Assembly: GCA_964636085.1 (NCBI GenBank)
Contig: CAZWPQ010000011.1
Location: forward strand, 51,568-65,229
Reading direction: 5' to 3'
Source of the DNA: an uncultured Nitrososphaerota archaeon
GTDB taxonomy: Archaea; Asgardarchaeota; Njordarchaeia; Njordarchaeales; Panguiarchaeaceae
DNA: 13,662 nt
The number at the start of each line of letters is the position of its first letter. The stretch's first letter is position 1. Below, one piece after another: positions 1 to 6,738 of the stretch. Both the position numbers and the translations under genes were made by a program. Under the pieces are notes generated by a model. That model ran no database searches and had not been told where the DNA came from. It saw only the letters and a program-made list of their open reading frames with translations.

Positions 1-207
1 GATGGTGATGGTATTCCCGATGGTTGGGAGGTAAGAAATGGTTATGATCCGCTAGACCCTCATGTTGGTACTGGAGAATATCTAAAGTATCATAAGCTCG
101 TAGTAGTTGGGTTGGTACTGGTATTTGTTGTGGTAGCACTTTTGATTCTCCAGTTCGTGTTTAGGGTCGATGTGCTTAAATTGTTAAAATTGAAGAGAGG
201 AGAATAG
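1..207 (+). CDS. 3' end of a membrane-anchored surface protein with a TSP3-like (DxDGDG) calcium-binding repeat; 5'-truncated
   Basis: Frame 1 is open from base 1 to TAG at 205-207: DGDGIPDGWEVRNGYDPLDP (prokaryotic TSP3-like repeat consensus), then hydrophobic LVVVGLVLVFVVVALLILQFVF and basic tail KLLKLKRGE. Not in the ORF track. Confidence 0.85.
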   Translation, partial: DGDGIPDGWEVRNGYDPLDPHVGTGEYLKYHKLVVVGLVLVFVVVALLILQFVFRVDVLKLLKLKRGE

Positions 208-214
208 AACTTCA

Positions 215-230
215 TTTTTTGTTTTTACTT
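215..230 (+). terminator. oligo-T terminator
   Basis: T-run (ttttttgtttttacttt) just after the stop at 207. Confidence 0.55.
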
Positions 231-320
231 TGCTCTATAGCCACCCCCTACTCCATTTTAAATGGAATATCCCTATTAAACTTATTAGGTGTTGTGATAA
301 GTCTATTTAATGATTTTGAA

Positions 321-327
321 GAGGTGA
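321..327 (+). promoter_or_regulatory. Shine-Dalgarno site for dppB
   Basis: GAGGTGA 6 nt upstream of GTG 334. Confidence 0.75.
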
Positions 328-333
328 TGCAAA

Positions 334-1374
334 GTGGGGTTAAGAGAGTACACAATAAGGAGAATAATCACTGGCTTCATAACCCTGATCATAGTTTTGA
401 TTTTTAACTGGATATTATTTAGGCTTCCCTCCTTTGTGACTGGCATAGACCCTACATGGTTTTATGTTATGTCACAACTAGTGGGTGCGGTAAGTGGAAC
501 GAACCCCGAGTTATTTATAACAATATTGCTGAATTTTAAGACGCGGTGGAAGATACCCAGTCTTAAAGCTCCTATCGGCCTTTGGATTGACCATATTATT
601 GCCTACATCATAAACATGTTCACATTTAATTTAGGAGAAGACATGCTTATCTATAAGGGGCGCCCTATAGCCGAACTTTTGGTGACGAGAATCCCAGTCT
701 CTGTATTCCTGATACTTCCAGCAACATTAATATCAATATTAGTGGGTATTCTAATAGGTGCACGGCTTGGAGCAAATCCCGGTAGTAGGCTTGACGTTAC
801 TCTGATGGGAATTGCTTTGATGCTTTACTCTATACCAGCGTTTTGGCTACAATTGTTATTCAAGGCGTTTTTCACAGTCAAATGGGACATATGGCCAGTA
901 AGAGGGGGTCTAGCATACTTTGGAACGACATTTCCGGATGGACTAATGTGGTTCTTGGATGCGCTCTTCATGCTGACATTACCGATAATGACACTTGTAT
1001 TAGCTGGGTTTGCGGGATGGATGTTACTGATGCGCAACAGCCTGATGGAGGTGATGGGTGAGGACTATATCCTAACAGCAAGGGCGAAGGGTTTGGACGA
1101 GGCAACGATACTTTATAAGCATGCCTTTAGGAACGCAATATTGCCGGTTGTTACTGGGGTTATCCTATCCCTTGCGCTTGTGTGGACTGGTGCAGTTATA
1201 ACGGAGACTATATTCACTATACCGGGGGTCGGTTTACTGTTGTTTAACGCAGTGATACAGCTTGATTTTCCACTATGCGAAGCATCATTCTATTTTATTG
1301 CTGTTTGCACAATATTTGCCAACATTATAGCGGATATATCCTATGCACTATTGGATCCAAGGGTCAAATACTAG
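334..1374 (+). CDS. dppB: oligopeptide/dipeptide ABC transporter permease (DppB/OppB family)
   Basis: N-terminal YTIRRII...LIFNWILFRLP, FNLG motif, RIPVS, SIPAFWL, LPIMTL, EAA loop EDYILTARAKGL...KHAFRNA, GAVITETIFTIPGVG, C-terminal ADISYALLDPRVKY. Confidence 0.96.
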   Translation: MGLREYTIRRIITGFITLIIVLIFNWILFRLPSFVTGIDPTWFYVMSQLVGAVSGTNPELFITILLNFKTRWKIPSLKAPIGLWIDHIIAYIINMFTFNLGEDMLIYKGRPIAELLVTRIPVSVFLILPATLISILVGILIGARLGANPGSRLDVTLMGIALMLYSIPAFWLQLLFKAFFTVKWDIWPVRGGLAYFGTTFPDGLMWFLDALFMLTLPIMTLVLAGFAGWMLLMRNSLMEVMGEDYILTARAKGLDEATILYKHAFRNAILPVVTGVILSLALVWTGAVITETIFTIPGVGLLLFNAVIQLDFPLCEASFYFIAVCTIFANIIADISYALLDPRVKY

Positions 1375-1396
1375 GCCTGTAAAGAGCGTGATGATC

Positions 1397-2275
1397 ATGA
1401 AAAAGACAAAAATACTCTTTGGGGTTGTGATTGCGCTAATAGTGGTAATGCCTTCTTTCTCTCCTCTGTCTTCCAAAAGCTTAGCATTGAGAGAAGGAGC
1501 ATATGTGAAATGGTCTGTGGAACTTAAAGCACTGGATAGATCAAAGGGCCAGACAGAGCACTATTGGAGTGCGGAGAGTTACCTAAAAATATTCAAAATT
1601 ACGAATAGTTCAGACGGTATGGCTGTGCTATTTGCGTATTCCACACACTATTTTGATGTAGCAAAGGGTACATACTCTGAGTCAGACAAGAGTCCTAGGG
1701 TCAGTGAGGGCATGTATGTGAATAATGGATCGACAAAGGCGGTATTTTCCAATGGGAACAATTACGAATATGTGCTTCATAAGGAATCATGGATGTTTAT
1801 GATGGAGTTTCCATTTAGCCCATTTACAATATTTAACGTTAAGAAGGCTGATTTTAAGGATTGGTTTTGCGACGCGTATCTATATAGAGTCATTGGGAGT
1901 AGGAAGCGTGAATGTGGTATCTTCTTCGAAACTTGGGACATAGTTTTGGGCTCAAGGAGAAAAATATACTATGCGGAGATGTACTATCTTAGCTCTTCCA
2001 TAAATCTCGGAGAATCAGAAATACCAGAGTCCAGCGTAATCGAAATAAACGTAGGAATAGATAGAGAATCAGGAATTATAGCAAAGCTCAGATACTTCTG
2101 GCAATACTCACAAAACATAATGTTTGAGCTCATCCTTTCGATAAAGGACACCAACGTGTTTAAAAAGGGAACATTTATCAATGGGGTCATAATCACAATT
2201 ATAGGCTTAATAGCAGCGTATATGGCTTATAGATTTTACAAGAAGAAGAAGAGACTAAAGAAGATAAGGATTTAA
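1397..2275 (+). CDS. uncharacterised type-I membrane/surface protein (signal peptide, beta-rich ectodomain, C-terminal TM, basic tail)
   Basis: MKKTKILFGVVIALIVVMPSF signal-like N-terminus; TM FINGVIITIIGLIAAYMAY followed by RFYKKKKRLKKIRI. Start moved from 1343 (overlaps dppB) to ATG 1397 (alternative 1391), preceded by GTGAT. Only 22 nt from the dppB stop, so probably co-transcribed. Confidence 0.8.
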   Translation: MKKTKILFGVVIALIVVMPSFSPLSSKSLALREGAYVKWSVELKALDRSKGQTEHYWSAESYLKIFKITNSSDGMAVLFAYSTHYFDVAKGTYSESDKSPRVSEGMYVNNGSTKAVFSNGNNYEYVLHKESWMFMMEFPFSPFTIFNVKKADFKDWFCDAYLYRVIGSRKRECGIFFETWDIVLGSRRKIYYAEMYYLSSSINLGESEIPESSVIEINVGIDRESGIIAKLRYFWQYSQNIMFELILSIKDTNVFKKGTFINGVIITIIGLIAAYMAYRFYKKKKRLKKIRI

Positions 2276-2277
2276 AT

Positions 2278-2289
2278 TTCCTGTTTTTT
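2278..2289 (+). terminator. oligo-T terminator
   Basis: ttcctgtttttt right after TAA 2275. Confidence 0.5.
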
Positions 2290-2365
2290 ACCCAAGTGCT
2301 AAGAATTTTGGTGGGCCCCAATTAACTACCCCTGGTTTAAACACACTTTTAAAAACCGCTTATCC

Positions 2366-2432
2366 TCATAAGTTATATAAATAATTTTTTTGTAGGTTAG
2401 ATAATAGTATATGGTATTTATTTTGAGGAGGG
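2366..2432 (+). promoter_or_regulatory. putative TATA box and SD for dppC
   Basis: TTATATAA at 2373-2380 preceded by CATAAG; GAGGAGGG at 2425-2432 ahead of TTG 2440. Confidence 0.6.
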
Positions 2433-2439
2433 ATAGATT

Positions 2440-4494
2440 TTGAGTGAGGAAGAACTAAATGTTGAAGAGCTAATGAAGAAATACAGAGAAGCAAGAAAAG
2501 TTAGGAGAAAATATGCTATAAAACAATTCTTCAAGATCAAAAGAGGCGCCTTTGGCTTCTTTATAATCGTGTCCTTTGCGATACTCTCCGTACTATCTTC
2601 AATAATCGCTTCTAATCCTGATGAATTTCGACATGCTCCTCTCTCAAGGCCTGCTTGGCTTAAATGGACAGACCCTAACACCCTAAGGGAGGACTTCGTT
2701 TGGTACGAATCTAGCTTCGAAACTCCTGATGCTATAGCAAGCAATTATACTAATATATCTGAAGTCGAGCCGGGGAAAGTTTATGCTACTTATAACCTCA
2801 CTCCTATAAAATCGTTTAGGTATGGTGGCCTATACCACTATGATGAGGGATGCAACACGACGGGCTCAGCAAGCCTAGTAATTTATGATGATACGTCCAT
2901 TGAACTTTCATCGGAAGACGTGATGAATCAAACAGTTATAGTCGAGAATAACGAAACCGTAAACAAGACAGTGATATACAATGTGACCTATGCGCTAAAT
3001 TTGAAGATAGAATGGAAAGAGGATGTCCCTCCATACATAGTATATTTGAGGTTTGCCCATAAACTGGAGATATGCATGCCCACCATATATACATATCAGG
3101 CAACAATTGGTAGATCGGGGTCGATAAGTAAAAAATTCTCTTTGGGTCCTGGAATCTCTATCCCCGCGAGGTTGAATATATCCATACTTAACCCAGAACC
3201 TGGAAAGGAAATAAGCGTAGAACTGTCTTCCGGCGATCTACTAATAACAGAAACAACTACCGATTATATATATATAAAGAACCTCACCCTACAGGGGTCA
3301 CTAACATACACAATACGAAATATTGGGACGAGGGATCTAGATGTTAATATAACAATTTGGACGAATTTTCCTCCCGAGATCATATATCCAACAAAAATAG
3401 ATTTCATGGTGAATCTCTGGAATAAAACTGCTAACAGAGAGATGACGAGAGAGGAGCTTAAGAACTACTTAGAGAAATTCGGGGTTATACCTCCAGAGGA
3501 CGAGCTAACACAACTGGGCCTCATAGTTCATAAGGATTTATCGAAGGCATCGGATTGGGTAGAGATGGGAAAGATTACTAGACTAAGTCTCTTAGCTAGA
3601 AAGATATACTACAAACCATTCTTCCAGCAAGGAAACATAATTATAATAAAGTTGGTGGCATCTACAAAGATACAACCTACGCCTAGGTTCCTACAGACAA
3701 GGAACCACTTCACTAGAACTGTAAAGTTTAAATGGTCAATAGATGACATAAACCTAGAAGCGCAGGGCAAATATTATGGTATTATGGGAACGGATGATCT
3801 TGGTAGAGATATAGCTTACATGATAATTGATGGATTAAAAATATCATTATTGGTTGGTTTCGTCGCGACAATGGCAAACATAGCGATTGGCGTCACATTA
3901 GGTCTCGTGTCAGGTTATGTGGGTGGAAAAACAGACGAAATAATAATGAGGATATGTGACTTCTTTATGTCGATTCCAGGATTTCCACTCCTTATAGTAC
4001 TAGCATTCATATTTTACACGATAAACATGGATCCGTTAATATCAATAATAATTGTGTTGTCCATATTCGGATGGGCAGGGATGGCTAGAACCATAAGAAG
4101 CCAAGTCCTAGCACTTAGAGCAAGCACCTATGTAGAGGCTGCTAAGGCATCTGGTGCATCATCATTCTATATTATCAGAAAGCACATACTGCCGGGGGTA
4201 TGGCCATTAGTCCTAATGTATTTGATGGTTGGGGTTGTAGGAAACATTCTTGCAGAGGCAAGTTTATCATTCTTGGGGGTATTGAGGCCCACATGGCATA
4301 GTCTTGGAAAAATGATACAGGAGGCATCGGGCCTCACAGCAGCTACTGGTGGAGGTGGAGGAGGCCTATCCATGGATCGCTTCCACTGGTTGTTCTTCCC
4401 AGGGCTGTTCCTAATGCTGATAGGTTATGCCTTCTATGCGATTGGAGATGCATATGACGAGTTGATCAACCCCAAGCGACGTAAGATGTTCTAA
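2440..4494 (+). CDS. dppC: oligopeptide ABC transporter permease (DppC/OppC family) with a large extracellular insertion
   Basis: OppC_N-like FFKIKRGAFGFFII..., PLSRPAW, then after the insertion GTDDLGRD, GLKISLLVG, GYVGGKTDEIIMRICD, EAA loop YVEAAKASGAS...KHILP, EASLSFLG, FFPG, GDAYDELINP. Confidence 0.93.
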   Translation: MSEEELNVEELMKKYREARKVRRKYAIKQFFKIKRGAFGFFIIVSFAILSVLSSIIASNPDEFRHAPLSRPAWLKWTDPNTLREDFVWYESSFETPDAIASNYTNISEVEPGKVYATYNLTPIKSFRYGGLYHYDEGCNTTGSASLVIYDDTSIELSSEDVMNQTVIVENNETVNKTVIYNVTYALNLKIEWKEDVPPYIVYLRFAHKLEICMPTIYTYQATIGRSGSISKKFSLGPGISIPARLNISILNPEPGKEISVELSSGDLLITETTTDYIYIKNLTLQGSLTYTIRNIGTRDLDVNITIWTNFPPEIIYPTKIDFMVNLWNKTANREMTREELKNYLEKFGVIPPEDELTQLGLIVHKDLSKASDWVEMGKITRLSLLARKIYYKPFFQQGNIIIIKLVASTKIQPTPRFLQTRNHFTRTVKFKWSIDDINLEAQGKYYGIMGTDDLGRDIAYMIIDGLKISLLVGFVATMANIAIGVTLGLVSGYVGGKTDEIIMRICDFFMSIPGFPLLIVLAFIFYTINMDPLISIIIVLSIFGWAGMARTIRSQVLALRASTYVEAAKASGASSFYIIRKHILPGVWPLVLMYLMVGVVGNILAEASLSFLGVLRPTWHSLGKMIQEASGLTAATGGGGGGLSMDRFHWLFFPGLFLMLIGYAFYAIGDAYDELINPKRRKMF

Positions 4495-4511
4495 ATAACA
4501 CCATTAGATAA

Positions 4512-4546
4512 CTATTTTTTTCTTCATATGGTGCTTCTATTTTTTT
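4512..4546 (+). terminator. tandem oligo-T terminator after dppC
   Basis: CTATTTTTTT occurs twice (4512-4521, 4537-4546). Confidence 0.55.
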
Positions 4547-4667
4547 GGTGTTAAGTTGCCGATTAGGATTATGAGTACTTGTCAACAATGTGATCCTCTA
4601 GGCTATCGTATCTGTAAAAATGTTCCTCTTTGTTATGTTGGTATGTGACCTGATAAGTGGATTATGC

Positions 4668-4685
4668 TTATAAATGCATTATAAA
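4668..4685 (+). promoter_or_regulatory. putative TATA boxes
   Basis: Two TTATAAA copies (4668-4674, 4679-4685) about 45-60 nt upstream of ATG 4731. Confidence 0.5.
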
Positions 4686-4730
4686 CTATTTTTTGGAGTT
4701 GTGTCGTGATTGTATTGTGATGTGGTAAAA

Positions 4731-6095
4731 ATGCATAGGTCTGGGATGGCAATTGTTATTCTCTTGTTATGTGCTATTAGCGTTGCATATGGACATGCAT
4801 CTTTGTCAAAAAAGATAGATGCAGATCTAAGAGTAAGTGGGGATATTATAGGCCTCAACCTAACATATGCATTCAACGCGACCTATGGAGGGAGGGCATA
4901 CCCAGTAGAAATGTTCATTGATAATGAAGATAAAATTTGTCTATTCACAATAGAACCAACAACCGAAAATGAATCAATAGTTTTCTATAGATTTGACCCA
5001 GGAAGAATACCTACTCCAATGGCCACAATAACATATGGTCTCACAGTAAGGCTTTATGGCGCCGGGATGATAGCAGGCGACGAGATATACCTGGCTGGCG
5101 CCATCGTGGGGAAGGGTGGATGGAATCTAACAGTATGGGCAGTCTCGAAATTCGGAACAATAGATGAGAAATATGAGTTTCCTATGAGTGATCTCCTATT
5201 GCTTGATGGAGGCATGTTCATCAGTAACGATTACGATTACATATATATCGCGATAACAGTAATGGATCCCTCCTCCCCACAAACCGATACTGACATAATG
5301 GTAATAAAATATTCTATCCCACGGCATGAGATTGTCTGGGAGAGAATCTGGGACTCTGGTTGCAACGAAACTGTAGGTTCGGTGGTTGCTTTCGGTTCTG
5401 ATATATACATAGGAGGAAACATAGAGAATGGGAGCTCTGGTAAGGATATTCTTATCCTGAAATATAACGATGATGGCGATTATGTCTCCAACATGACGCT
5501 AGAATTGAGCGATTTTGACGAGGAAATCCTTGATATGTATGTTGATAACAGCGGTACCATATACATGGTAGGCTATGTAGATGTTGTGAATGAAGAGGCC
5601 ACAAATAAGGATCTCCTAATAATGAAACTAAACACGACATCAATGGAGATTCGGAGCGCGACTTGGGGAGGGAATGAGACAGAAGTAGGGTACTCTGTTA
5701 CTATATGGTATGAATATCTCTATGTAGCCGGCTGTATGGAGAGTTCGGATGGATGCTACAGAGACGTCCTTTTTGCTATTTGGGGGCGAGAGAAACTGAA
5801 TCTGATAAACTACTATGTTTGGGACTCAGGTTATGACGAAACAGGCTATTTTGTTGACACGGACTCTACGGGTAACATATATTTAACTGGATCTATATCT
5901 CTGGAGGAGGGAGAGGGTATTCTAGTTCTAGGCTATCTACTAGGTTCGCCGAGCAATCAAGCTGAAGAAAAATATCCAATAATGCGAAAGGAGGCTTTCT
6001 TAAGTTCGATAATAAAAACTATTGTAGGAATTGTCGCCATCCCATTGGTATCTATGATATCGGGGTGGTTCATAATAAGGTATAGGAGGAGGTGA
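4731..6095 (+). CDS. membrane-anchored beta-propeller repeat protein (SBBP-like repeats)
   Basis: Signal peptide MHRSGMAIVILLLCAISVAYG; ~50-aa repeats of the form W-x-WD/GG...E...IY-x-x-G...D-I-L-I-x-K-Y (e.g. WERIWDSGCNET...DIYIGG...KDILILKY; VWDSGYDETG...GNIYLTG); C-terminal TM IVGIVAIPLVSMISGWFII plus RYRRR. ATG 4731 preferred over TTG 4710. Confidence 0.85.
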   Translation: MHRSGMAIVILLLCAISVAYGHASLSKKIDADLRVSGDIIGLNLTYAFNATYGGRAYPVEMFIDNEDKICLFTIEPTTENESIVFYRFDPGRIPTPMATITYGLTVRLYGAGMIAGDEIYLAGAIVGKGGWNLTVWAVSKFGTIDEKYEFPMSDLLLLDGGMFISNDYDYIYIAITVMDPSSPQTDTDIMVIKYSIPRHEIVWERIWDSGCNETVGSVVAFGSDIYIGGNIENGSSGKDILILKYNDDGDYVSNMTLELSDFDEEILDMYVDNSGTIYMVGYVDVVNEEATNKDLLIMKLNTTSMEIRSATWGGNETEVGYSVTIWYEYLYVAGCMESSDGCYRDVLFAIWGREKLNLINYYVWDSGYDETGYFVDTDSTGNIYLTGSISLEEGEGILVLGYLLGSPSNQAEEKYPIMRKEAFLSSIIKTIVGIVAIPLVSMISGWFIIRYRRR

Positions 6096-6622
6096 GACTA
6101 GTGGCGAGGTATGCCCCGAGAATCCTATGCATTCTACTTATTATGTGTGCATTTGCACTCATCCTAAGAAATCCAAGCGCCTCAGAGTCGCTACCAGTAG
6201 ATACAACCATCGAGATACCCCCAAGGCATTATTCATCTGTTAATTTTACTGTGTCCCAAGACAATATACTAGTCCGTGTAGAAATAAATGTCACAAATGG
6301 TTCCGGACTAGATGTACTCCTCTGCGATGAGGAAAACATGGATTTATTTGAAAGACAAATAAAGATGGGGTACTATGATGTTGATGTATATATGGCTGGG
6401 TCAAACATAACAAAGCTAAGCAATGAAACAAGATTAGGGAGAGCCGGCGTCTATTACTTAGTACTAATTAACTGGGATTTCCAAACAAGCTCGATAGTAA
6501 ATATAAAAATAAGCAAAATTGGCGAGAAGTCTGGACTAGCCATTACATATGTAATGTCTATTGTAAGCATAGTAGCGGTAGTGGTAATTATCTGGTTTTT
6601 AGTAAAAATCAAAAAGCTCTAA
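6092..6622 (+). CDS. GOLD/p24 (emp24/gp25L)-like single-pass membrane protein
   Basis: Signal peptide; beta-sandwich pattern IEIPP...VNFTV...VRVEINV...LDVLL...AGVYYLVLIN...IVNIKI, resembling the GOLD G-x-Y-x-L-x-F-x-N motif; TM plus KIKKL. Start is GTG 6092 (overlapping the upstream TGA) or GTG 6101 (GGAGGTGA SD 5 nt upstream). The CDS is confident; the family call is moderate. Confidence 0.65.
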   Translation: MRLVARYAPRILCILLIMCAFALILRNPSASESLPVDTTIEIPPRHYSSVNFTVSQDNILVRVEINVTNGSGLDVLLCDEENMDLFERQIKMGYYDVDVYMAGSNITKLSNETRLGRAGVYYLVLINWDFQTSSIVNIKISKIGEKSGLAITYVMSIVSIVAVVVIIWFLVKIKKL

Positions 6623-6683
6623 AAGCCTCTACTTTGCCTCCCTAGCGACATCATAGCATTCCTTATCTTTCTTATCTTTCTTT

Positions 6684-6732
6684 GTTAAAGTATTATATAG
6701 GATATAACACACTAAAGACATATAGAGGGGTG
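6684..6732 (+). promoter_or_regulatory. putative BRE/TATA and SD for the S8 protease
   Basis: GTTAAAG then TTATATAG (6693-6700); GAGGGGTG at 6725-6732 before ATG 6739; preceded by a pyrimidine tract at 6658-6683 that could terminate the upstream gene. Confidence 0.6.
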
Positions 6733-6738
6733 TTAAGA

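Noticed and set aside
4560-4660. Possible box C/D sRNA (CTGA at 4650-4653)
   Set aside because: No convincing RUGAUGA C box at a suitable distance.
6605-6622. KxKxx (KIKKL) and KKxx (KKKT, protease) tails resembling COPI dilysine signals
   Set aside because: All anchored proteins here end in Lys/Arg-rich tails (positive-inside rule), so such matches are expected by chance.
1343-6738. Longer track starts at 1343, 4710 and 6682
   Set aside because: They overlap an upstream gene or promoter or lack an SD; downstream ATGs give clean signal peptides.
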